Assembly: GCA_041667225.1 (NCBI GenBank)
Contig: JBAYFK010000001.1
Location: forward strand, 1 to 37,278
DNA length: 37,278 nt
Direction: 5' to 3'
From: Candidatus Omnitrophota bacterium
GTDB taxonomy: Bacteria > Omnitrophota > Gorgyraeia > 2-01-FULL-45-10
Of the stretch, positions 26,601 to 30,808 are shown in pieces (positions within the stretch are counted from its first letter, which is position 1; each line of letters begins with the position of its first letter). Under the pieces are notes generated by a model. The model searched no databases. It was not told the origin of the DNA and saw nothing but the letters and a program-made list of their open reading frames with translations. The translations under genes and the position numbers were made by a program.

Positions 26601-27157
26601 ATTATGCGTTGAAGACCGACGCTTCTCATCAGGCCGGGTCGAGGATACTTCTTTCTGCCAGCTTATTTGATGATATCGACCGCTCAAATCTTGAAAGATT
26701 GTTCAATGGCACAAATATAGAGATAGTGGAGCCGGAAGAGCTCAAGCGCAGGACGATGAACGAACATTCTTCCAAAGAAAACCTTGCGGTCGTGCTTACG
26801 CAGGAAGATTTCACGCAGGGTAAGACGTGGAGCGGCGCCGAAGATGATTACAGGGTGAAGTCGAGCGTGCTCATATTGGGAGACAAGCTGACCGGTTCTA
26901 ATTATTTATATCTGGAAGGCGTGATAGAGCTTGCCAGAGCGATGATGCGTTCGGATAGAAATGGTATTAAAGAGGCATACGAGCTCATATCCGGCGCCAT
27001 TCTTAGCGATGAGGCCTTGAGTAAGCTCGGGCCTTCGCCCAACACCATAGCGTTCGCGATCAATGCGATACTCAAGTTCAGGCCCATAGTAGTGCACGAT
27101 ACGGGAGAGTTGGAAAGATTTAAGAGCATGGTAGAGCGTTATCTTATAAACGCATAA
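11693..27157 (+). CDS. giant multidomain polytopic membrane protein (about 5,150 aa) of unknown function, with CPBP-like x2, GHKL ATPase-like x2, GNAT, metallophosphatase and Cys-His-Asp papain/transglutaminase-like signatures
   Basis: A single open frame runs 15.5 kb with no stop. I chose ATG 11693 (MPERKFFDRSNPLIKTISLILLIAFIAQDIAWADP, a signal anchor), because the track start GTG 11597 would translate through the terminator-like hairpin. Domain motifs are detailed in the findings. Product name and function are unknown. Confidence 0.9.
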   Translation: MPERKFFDRSNPLIKTISLILLIAFIAQDIAWADPQIFLNQRSSGDKLAASTFLRSEKAVNKVSAKAIEYAVEEYSAIPREKLDVACVRASIRSLLDKNKEWFAAHVSYSMMSLDGTPIGDDAHDGDIAEVVVKFAPGWSVRYFDPATARPQEGFSAPVAINDRLHKQLITGPGDSPKGPFNFSFGEGVGLRHMEVNNIIAFHDLTIAKKGKYHETEFYERKLDADKDPTYHAKIERAADLLMAQGIVLFAKGMACTIAAGIPLIMLFTTPLVAIFGISMLPITYIFGKKAHKYFISAKGYYDRSLSIRGDTTVVLVDIPSHLLLSGKELDGSSFYQFTHIGRARRVIYMPKKALRDMDIADPYDMRQLATILNHDQVELDMMHRDNRIAAAKTYADYENLLTAFHDAAKLEDPFGEAAHIEERIAGWMEMDDSAASILKREIEEKVMEFEMRQSNILDSEESLVSGRFSYIYTTASMAMQIGYAYEVLGDQRSAHEYYGKAWSNFVEVVSSDVYILPIYAQLNIVRINAFEGDYAEAAVDFKRLTNYEIGVPHPSAKYVKGSVRVVETHIAENIERWRDEVSALMRHHAQASGDVGGMERAAAAIEDITGAVSKYLGEQEVFEKREKERASYGELVEELRRAILIGNKLWAANVQDALSERFKGELPEEVERVIRETRSPTAEMIPDADTLASYIDELEKAENILIDEEQYEKKVLRPLFDLLLSCLERDFDGTDEFAAHCRTAISKQDAYELRMQMNNKDEALLDKFNKIRRKDGTEDTSIELYGLLLFHLTADSTPYIRRLYKEFMQTRPVDKIAFARKGVSYHTRGDAIIYYYPKNLLFEGRRANAREGHRYGEASALEDAKSSENARKIARAVEMWKTAAENNRDLDERIRHFEDITSIVELNMKTSLLFSDPQQNVVRPIHSGRSRHRLYLSKHYLDSLDINNERDMKELATWLNYGQDFLDTHDLMADGGYAIPRIQKALSNLTYSFFDHEDTGLLEPGYLKERLAAFMEEDFLIKYREVLLAAIKEEKEAEVTMRTIVEPGRAAPNEYKLARNSYGHLLYRYEGLGLRSKADKAYMQMTIATSVVQTHEGGITPCTDQIELVLTALRFARWDDFTKELRKLLTGKGYPRPIEKSELPLVIFMLRGRFQNDLRHAIHAQKEAADPYSYPIVEKVEKEADKLLKEFSEHPFSDLGPKDVQDSTATLSFIGKALGIRYSSFFHAPVIEESAKVGIPFGIYAVLDAVKHSFPSLNAAIFAGAIAVFGIVFIIAHLLNERAPPRSAGEAFRIFAAPAAATIAGGILSYLFFTNPLYAILSSILAHLIINAIVWALRRLNIDIKYSTVYFPGSHRVTWTEIERIRELSAKWDLKANGLKNLEDVLKDPGAENVRRAILDLLEGGTYSALSRFQMYKERERGSKAEFLGELVQAASCQRRIRSSKVIEMGPILAGAEIDAVVEVDHKKYASRRQTGLTYDLPDGIYLMEGKVDEFGDIEQFISYIFETKLDKYLRAARELKKKGKKVSGIIFAVGGGIASLNPEEFRKRLIEMGESDEEILAAGFDPEKFKVYTYLVPETIYEEGPKTALTPKDIEYIDAVMKRPEEDGSIPQETLLECRSVLERALLLFGLERVRSVYLSNHFRRHNVSLVARTYDINEYAKAVLDLKSDIAEIDKDMTFVMDDSFIAEDGTAPVLDGKKTDRVRNPNYEKMDFTLGQKTWGNFEMFISKDRSTVYVSSVERGSAEYFSINMDMAAPHPLMYHSGDLHIALDASIPAASLNNGHNINMARIIGILREAIGFREEVVKHDRSDYYWIDRLGGRGNELVSYDILAAHKIPHLMEFVGPHALIPDLYALNEKNRLELLAEFGRHSPAVLGKKFAYGYYAIVSVPQGRRPTNEKFPPAEELILSASMPDKFLRSPAQFQKSASVIAEEFLANLRILASEEDMSMPVPRSIMVEDSYGNMKIRFELDPVRKVIISASAVEMVRTISQKDLRTVFMESESIITSRTGMVDISKVRPSKLMRYGYAKIVGSNGNIVIAPVEGMIQRPMPRNWAMGLPFTSLAVSLAGKRSVPDKKKSGKKDAPSPKREVVFAIDLPASTGFDDDVRESEKIYEFLDGFEQDHKGKLGGLLEDVLEELIFNVTDHGRGGKMVIYMEKDADGEPAAIEIVTTDNGPGLPDSPDDLVKKSLLAHERFVNSPDDEPEPLDDGIDYALMNAYRGQGFARIALDPDSVTIECNGLKYSRSTNDKNASSWFGEPVKSEVTTGARFTLGFSLRSEATHIPSIPVDRRPVDSGLLASSFVEYDMDVKETVNPDNKPIKALYCASGADLSNFLLSTNATEGYFVSHYRGRFRTMRGKDLRECFESASPEDYIKKNLSPYYREKFERGFAGTETFYSMRQTIAAMAFELKSIGVDLSTVKIDTLNGRPVLRFRWKYYGCDERDYSVVLIDADATKPEEYAADLAGVAMDVYYQRAGNELPMEYRKGAKSYIGWIYARMKPGAYVVTDDNAFDNAQQWYRDLGGSFPLPAKEVDMPELWPIEWVILRALRPMDIFNHEAAFYGWRMTVRQKPIDAEMVTDDIGNLVKVSKRPFLARIVAYLRGKGISERWIASLGGLEELFFSGIVISAFAAAAPHIFAISFSAALYTGFGISAVLFTLSHIKEVYRMTGGALTTAPPSASDMIFITGLGMAFRAVYLAGLALLPFGPYNIAVALPLIIVLHSIYNAFIAPRSDLVLGMASVNPDKPFKELTRINSSIATDTTALINQLSKSFSSAYLIMNPLRNIKAGLARYGYVKRTSLESCRLGIRRILATWHLSETKKKKLSAALNRIDKILAKMDRMDGMIDGIELLPRGVSVSSVASGLNICVIRLKSILEGIREEDVHLIERLEGISASIHEMAVGHEEINSEKLIGYVKAFKAISTHQGVGDKSRARISRLADDMSALLASANEQGGGSRSPAAEQIETSLFDSEDMSLIDRMWIAMPVQDGRDWSAAVEELQSRFSKDHPGDLQVIEEGASYDIDERVSDRLVKYVESIGGKHAGDVHIMTSTISAALQNVYQHGDNYGAMILRARRTGRKMEVEFVIIDRGQGFIDRQGKHVDIHEAVKYGKSFGANGQSGIGLTITVEVADSISITTVDRSSGSSEAYYWEKGDVHESRLKTAPVESGSKIVFTREVDLTPEPDDPKGENVAVEPAAQSVDIVKWYFEEYEPSQVEMAASFNDGTLTGDHIIEWVDRVVRPLKPDLDVTGIVETGKPFTPRQAGLLGEKILKDVLIPHGIIAHVSAVASGVAVGSITNTETITTPAGRTIPLYTVRTLRGEFGQGTAFAEYVIVPEEIAKESHEIADHYAKLWRDHMEGRAPAALFRYQKRYAEWIFMHLFGKSDAAAAARLVRECDLAEELSHSDMQAFTETVLERPLDTAVPEDVEAASHAILKPASIEELAFEAARDGETRYILAEAVLEVEAKLNAIIRSPMSAYNFLEFLHGNVVDLHIPGDEPPEYNVARNILLSVMSKHLFGKSTTDTREWRDYLDETLWNMDEFNAALKKAAAAAYREEFLSHDERVKKAEGYKTRRRHTELYTNMYRELVRPRFALGAPKVLNICSGAGASAILYATNCSSSVMIDRLSFGYNAGVMSGRSERTERERYFNDIAQYDFPRTDTLTGIGSLWLPLKWELAEMGIGEDAITVDNPAYGTWRVRFTWQHPDDDQPRERTLWFYQEDIPESSGVADLSAGVRLDAQKVDILDADILFDRAAEHTLRATTDMPLYMKRKSIVITDNPVRKNIFDTQDSLVPVTLDPALSEQSSRFGYVGKNTYEKHDALDAMAVYEVRGSSNGFSGDNVNIYSADSLTGEERDRLARFVIREGLDISTTYIGEDERGIELGRAYLDRLTRKNESGESGYFVAFKGGDPVGIVSYAVLPGWLAAEREYESTIDDLYVTGSVRNQGIAADLVRQAETHLRKKNVKNYYVVVGQGAPSQDFWKKFIPREYQTVDDKGELFSSIVPFENPREIARVEACIKAVKAGAFQNGNVVDLRRIPPDMEVIIVGDLHARVDNLGNILEHADPGTGKSVYEKVRDGEAVLILLGDVVNNDPPDTENIAAIAERLSSMEESVDMIKKVMDLKISHPDSVYYVLGNHDDPFSMCNRGGIDQSRIYRDTIRSRYGERYLYLYNDLIQASPVMVIAEGLVATHAAPIRRLSLENIINADKDSDEIHFGMWGRHESHFGDLVDISEDSSPLRQLLYQSRREQSYDSRDVVEFLDRVGQKDGVFIVGHTPDLIPEGDFHAEIEDRHHIIYAARDKTGYASFTAGKLDFVETSAVEMPRVERSSPTPSSGLKLADKVLLALPIEEQQRVDAVVRFAAHVMRLSGIGDADLEKEAAFDAIPASTVAAFMLAERDKDAKLDSYDESWEADAIIFLGHNHPLFKDTKVTPKLSIRVLFEMRKRGMQVSEYCISMCDSVDKLVSFLLNGPLEEKERMARATLMIEELGMKDLIPWSAAALDRISLYAEWAGTPDEARVACSFLEHFTGHLFESRAMADAFMFNLSVVEGFLGPGNINNKDTGVVYLLGGASLLYDQARQIALSLKVSPSRIHPFSLNRKTAESDDETIREYIKQEGLDRYKNLVIVDTGFHGSMARRLKDVLGSMPNSPRNVHARLLAMSSEPYEYKGMDVLGYNHVLQEVDPNWSEIDRNALFLITHLLDNIFPKREQSPGRLDTANVLVAVTPVTVPSEVPGFAAIVSNEMRLGTGRLLSRGFEYPDPGNSVWERWIPSGKDEMEGAPAAEIPDLLDSTVRGNASYGKLKQELTSRFTRLGQKGVSLDSVEDVLDENSVEIFQAMWGLRNIFTGSKFSDERAQTDMCYEVSVAVCEAFDEAVPGHEIVLMSGYYDDAGGGLFRIPHFWVVIDGDIAIDLTYGQFDSEYEDTALVVRTGELPRYKLEQGKVAPWKSAPRPQTSVAATISAIHYALKTDASHQAGSRILLSASLFDDIDRSNLERLFNGTNIEIVEPEELKRRTMNEHSSKENLAVVLTQEDFTQGKTWSGAEDDYRVKSSVLILGDKLTGSNYLYLEGVIELARAMMRSDRNGIKEAYELISGAILSDEALSKLGPSPNTIAFAINAILKFRPIVVHDTGELERFKSMVERYLINA

Positions 27158-27175
27158 AATTTTGTAGATGAATTT

Positions 27176-27248
27176 AAAAGCCCGGGTAAATGGGGCGCAG
27201 GAAAGCTTTCCCCCCGAGTTAGCGATCCTTGCCTCACCCCGGGCTTTT
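27176..27248. terminator. 11-bp perfect inverted repeat between the convergent giant gene and thpR (possible bidirectional terminator or structured element)
   Basis: The arms are AAAAGCCCGGG (27176-27186) and CCCGGGCTTTT (27238-27248), separated by 51 nt. The spacer contains the palindrome GGAAAGCTTTCC (27199-27210). The right arm overlaps the thpR stop codon. The spacer is unusually long for a simple intrinsic terminator. Confidence 0.3.
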
Positions 27249-27813
27249 ATTGTCCAAGCCTCGTTTCGTGTATCTTGGTATAAATAGACCCCTTGGGAGT
27301 GAGAGTGGACCGGAAGAGTATTACGGAAGATATAAGCTGGGGTTTCAAGTCCAACATGGCGGGATCGAGCGACAATACTTTTTCTTTTAGGGCGTCTTTG
27401 TTCTTCGCATCTTTTACGCGCCCTATAGTCATATGAGGGCTGAACGCCCTTTCCTCTTTCTGAAATCCTATCTCTGACATCTTTTCATCGATCGTTCCAG
27501 CCAGTAATTTCGATTCTTCCGCGCCCTTATCGAGACCTGCCCAGACGACGCGCGGATGTTCTATCCTCGGGAATGCGCCTATCTCTTTTACTGAGATATC
27601 GAAAGGGTGCGTTGCGCTGCCTATAGCGTCGAGCGCAGATGTGATGCGCTTAACTTTATCCTCATCCGCTTCGCCCAGGAACTTTAAAGTCAGGTGTATA
27701 TTATCCGTTTCCACCCATTTCACATCCGCGCCCGAATATTTCAGGTGGGATTGCACCATGGACAATCCTTCTTTGATCTCGTCCGATAGTTCTATCGCGA
27801 TGAATAGCCGCAT
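27247..27813 (-). CDS. thpR: RNA 2',3'-cyclic phosphodiesterase (2H phosphoesterase, LigT/ThpR family)
   Basis: Both HxTx motifs of the 2H superfamily are present: NIHLTLKFLG and SPHMTIGRVK. The length of 188 aa is typical. Confidence 0.85.
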   Translation of the reverse strand: MRLFIAIELSDEIKEGLSMVQSHLKYSGADVKWVETDNIHLTLKFLGEADEDKVKRITSALDAIGSATHPFDISVKEIGAFPRIEHPRVVWAGLDKGAEESKLLAGTIDEKMSEIGFQKEERAFSPHMTIGRVKDAKNKDALKEKVLSLDPAMLDLKPQLISSVILFRSTLTPKGSIYTKIHETRLGQ

Positions 27814-27827
27814 ATTTGGGTATCCGT

Positions 27828-29060
27828 TTATATATTTTCCCGGATAATGTTGAGAGCTGCCTGTGAGGTCTGAAATTTTATCTCTTCGCGTGAACCCCTG
27901 AACCTGAATTCCCGCACTAAAGATCTTTTTCCTGTTACAAGAGCGGTAAAGACGAGCCCTACCGGCTTCTTTTTAGTTCCGCCGAGCGGTCCGGCTATTC
28001 CGGTCGTACTCAATCCTATGTCTGAACCGGCCAGTTTTCTTATGCCCTTTGCCATTTCGAGTGCGACCTGGCCCGATACCGCGCCGTATTTATCGATCAT
28101 CTCTTCCGGTACGCCGAGAGTGGCCGTTTTAGAAGCATTCGAATAGGTAATGGCGCCCATCTTATAATACCCTGAACTGCCGCGCACATTGGTAAGCCTA
28201 TTGGCGATAAGCCCTCCCGTGCATGATTCAGCCGTCGCGATGGTCATCTTCTTTTTAAGCAGGATCATTCCCGTGGCGCCCTCGAGCGTCTGGTCGTCGC
28301 ATCCGAAAATTTGCTCTTTAAGCCTTGAGCGGATCTTTCTTTCGATCTTGTTTATGGCCATCTTAGCCAACCGGTCATTTTTTGCTTTTGTCATTATCTT
28401 AAGCTGGACCATCCCCGGAGATGCGTAAATACCGACCGTGGTCGGAGGTTTTAGCCTGAGCAGGTCTCTTACGGAAGCGTCGATCTGGGACTCCGCGGCG
28501 CACGCTATCTTTATTGAGCGCGACCGTATCGGATGCGCGTTTTTAATTCTCTTTTTAATGTAAGGGATGATGTCGGCAGTGAACATTGGTTCAAGTTCTC
28601 TCGGCGGTCCGGGGAGGCATATGATCTCTTTTCCGTTGTATTCAGCGATCAGTCCGGGAGCGGTCCCGACGCGATTTCTTATTAATTTCAGCCCTTTAGG
28701 CATATATGCCTGCCTCAGGCTCGCTTTCACGTACCTGAGCTTTCTAAATTTAAAATAGTCCTTGATGCCATTAAGCACCATTTTATTAAGGACGAGAGGC
28801 CTGCCGGTCAGTTTCGATATCGCTTCGACAGTGACGTCGTCTATCGTTGGGCCCAGTCCGCCGCTCATTATTACCATATCCGAACGCTTCAAGGACTCTT
28901 TTATAGCTCTCGTCAACCTTTCGACGTTGTCGCCTACAGTGGCCTGGTGATACACGTCTATCCCCGCCTCAGCCAGCTTCTGCGAAAGAAAAGCGGCATT
29001 GGTGTTCACTATGTGCCCAAGCAATAATTCAGTGCCTATAGAGATGATCTCTGCTTTCAT
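27828..29060 (-). CDS. cinA: competence/damage-inducible protein CinA (MoCF-type domain plus nicotinamide-nucleotide amidohydrolase PncC domain)
   Basis: MKAEIISIGTELLLGHIVNTNAAFLSQKL is the canonical CinA N-terminus. The C-terminal domain carries IATAESCTGGLIA. I chose ATG 29060, because the track start at 29123 adds 21 non-homologous residues. Confidence 0.9.
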   Translation of the reverse strand: MKAEIISIGTELLLGHIVNTNAAFLSQKLAEAGIDVYHQATVGDNVERLTRAIKESLKRSDMVIMSGGLGPTIDDVTVEAISKLTGRPLVLNKMVLNGIKDYFKFRKLRYVKASLRQAYMPKGLKLIRNRVGTAPGLIAEYNGKEIICLPGPPRELEPMFTADIIPYIKKRIKNAHPIRSRSIKIACAAESQIDASVRDLLRLKPPTTVGIYASPGMVQLKIMTKAKNDRLAKMAINKIERKIRSRLKEQIFGCDDQTLEGATGMILLKKKMTIATAESCTGGLIANRLTNVRGSSGYYKMGAITYSNASKTATLGVPEEMIDKYGAVSGQVALEMAKGIRKLAGSDIGLSTTGIAGPLGGTKKKPVGLVFTALVTGKRSLVREFRFRGSREEIKFQTSQAALNIIRENI

Positions 29061-29153
29061 GCTGCTATTATATAAGCTTTTTAGCTTTTTTTGCAACAAT
29101 TTTACTATTTTTAACGTCATCATATATGGGACGACGCAGCGTATTGAATTAAC

Positions 29154-29183
29154 TTTACAATAGGGAGGTGGAGAATGTATAAT
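29154..29183 (+). promoter_or_regulatory. candidate recA promoter
   Basis: The elements are TTTACA (29154-29159), an 18-nt spacer, then TATAAT (29178-29183). A second TATAAT sits at 29184-29189. The divergent cinA/recA spacer is AT-rich, so chance matches are likely. Confidence 0.25.
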
Positions 29184-29279
29184 TATAATTCTTATGTAAT
29201 ATAGTACAATACAATGTAATAAACATAATTATATGGTAACACTAATATAAACCGGTATTTTAAAAAGAGAGGTTCGGCG

Positions 29280-30323
29280 ATGATAAAAGCAAAAGCGAAA
29301 GACAGGGAAGAGTCCAAGAGCGAAAAAGAGGCGATCCAGGCAGACAAGGCCAAGGCGCTTGACCTGGCCGTTTCCCAGATAGAGAAGCAGTTCGGCAAGG
29401 GGTCGATAATGAAATTGGGCCAGGATTTTAAGGTCGATGTGCCTGCGATACCAACAGGTTCGATAACCATCGATATGGCGCTGGGAGTAGGCGGAGTGCC
29501 GCGCGGCAGGGTCATAGAGATATTCGGGCCTGAGTCGAGCGGTAAGACGACGCTGACCCTAAGCATCATAGCGAATGCGCAGCGCCTTGGCGGACAGGCA
29601 GCGTTCATCGATGCGGAGCACGCGTTCGATCCCGCGTACGCGAAGAGGATCGGAGTGAACCTCGACAACCTTCTCATGTCACAGCCGGATACGGGGGAGC
29701 AGGCGCTTGAGATAGCCGAGACGCTCGTCAAGTCAAACGCGGTCGATGTTGTTGTCATAGACTCAGTAGCCGCGCTCACTCCTAGGGCTGAGATAGAGGG
29801 CGATATAGGGGATTCGCACATGGGGCTGCAGGCTCGCCTGATGAGCCAGGCGCTCAGAAAGCTTTCCGGTTCTATAGCCAAGTCCAAGACGTGCGTCATA
29901 TTCATCAATCAGATCAGGGAAAAGATAGGCGTATTTTTCGGGAATCCCGAGACGACTCCGGGCGGAAGGGCTCTCAAGTTCTACGCTTCTGTCAGGATAG
30001 ACCTCCGGCGTATCGCATCGCTGAAAAAGGGCGAAGAGGTAGTCGGTAACCGAGTCAGGGCCTCTATAGTAAAGAATAAAGTGGCGGCTCCTTTCAGGAA
30101 AGCGGAATTCGACATCATGTACGACGAGGGGATCTCCAAGACCGGAAGCGTTCTTGATATGGCGGAGACGCTGGGGATATTGCAGAAGAGCGGTTCATGG
30201 CTGCTTCTGGGCGAAGAAAAGCTCGGGCAGGGAAAAGAGAATGCGAAGGCCTACCTTAAAGAGAATCCCAAGATCGTTGAAAGGCTTGAGAAAGAAATAA
30301 AAGAAAAGGTCCTGGTTTCGTAG
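29280..30323 (+). CDS. recA: recombinase RecA
   Basis: [23 protein letters not shown] and the Walker A motif [10 protein letters not shown] are present. [10 protein letters not shown], the L1/L2 loop regions and [12 protein letters not shown] complete an unmistakable RecA. Confidence 0.98.
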   Translation: MIKAKAKDREESKSEKEAIQADKAKALDLAVSQIEKQFGKGSIMKLGQDFKVDVPAIPTGSITIDMALGVGGVPRGRVIEIFGPESSGKTTLTLSIIANAQRLGGQAAFIDAEHAFDPAYAKRIGVNLDNLLMSQPDTGEQALEIAETLVKSNAVDVVVIDSVAALTPRAEIEGDIGDSHMGLQARLMSQALRKLSGSIAKSKTCVIFINQIREKIGVFFGNPETTPGGRALKFYASVRIDLRRIASLKKGEEVVGNRVRASIVKNKVAAPFRKAEFDIMYDEGISKTGSVLDMAETLGILQKSGSWLLLGEEKLGQGKENAKAYLKENPKIVERLEKEIKEKVLVS

Positions 30324-30331
30324 AAGGGCTT

Positions 30332-30808
30332 ATGACGCCGGAAACGGATAAAAAAAATACGAAGGCGAGGAATAACGCTTACAGCCTGCTGCGTTCAAGG
30401 CCGCGAGCAGAGCGTGAGATCAGGGACCGCCTCAGGATGAAAAAGTATGACGACGGCGTTATAGAGGATGTCATCAGCCGCCTAAAATCCGCCGGCGAGA
30501 TAGACGACGCAAAGTTCGCCAAGTTCTGGGTCGAATCGCGCATGCGTATGAATCCTGTGGGCGACGCCGTACTGAAGCATGAGCTTAAGGCTAAAGGTGT
30601 CGACCAATCGATAATAGACTTGGTACTTGAAGAGAAGAAGGATAATTTTAACGAATACGAGATAGCGTCCGGCATGGCGCGCGAGAGGTTCGCGCGGTTC
30701 GCGAAACTCGACAGACGAAAAGCCATGAAGAGGCTGTACGATTTTTTGCAGAGGCGCGGTTTCAGTTTTGATACTGTAGAGAGGATAGTAGCGGATATAA
30801 TAAAATGA
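30332..30808 (+). CDS. recX: recombination regulator RecX
   Basis: The 158-aa product is a helical-repeat protein (LLRSRPRAEREIRDRL.., DDAKFAKFWVESR.., LQRRGFSFD). It lies immediately downstream of recA, and its stop overlaps the alaS start (ATGA). Confidence 0.85.
   Translation: MTPETDKKNTKARNNAYSLLRSRPRAEREIRDRLRMKKYDDGVIEDVISRLKSAGEIDDAKFAKFWVESRMRMNPVGDAVLKHELKAKGVDQSIIDLVLEEKKDNFNEYEIASGMARERFARFAKLDRRKAMKRLYDFLQRRGFSFDTVERIVADIIK

Noticed and set aside
11693-27157. Giant gene as an NRPS/PKS megasynthase or a repeat adhesin/RTX toxin
   Set aside because: It has no adenylation, ketosynthase or carrier-protein (GGxS) motif series. It also lacks tandem Ig/cadherin/VCBS-like repeats, GGxGxD nonapeptides, and any C-terminal secretion signal that I can recognise.
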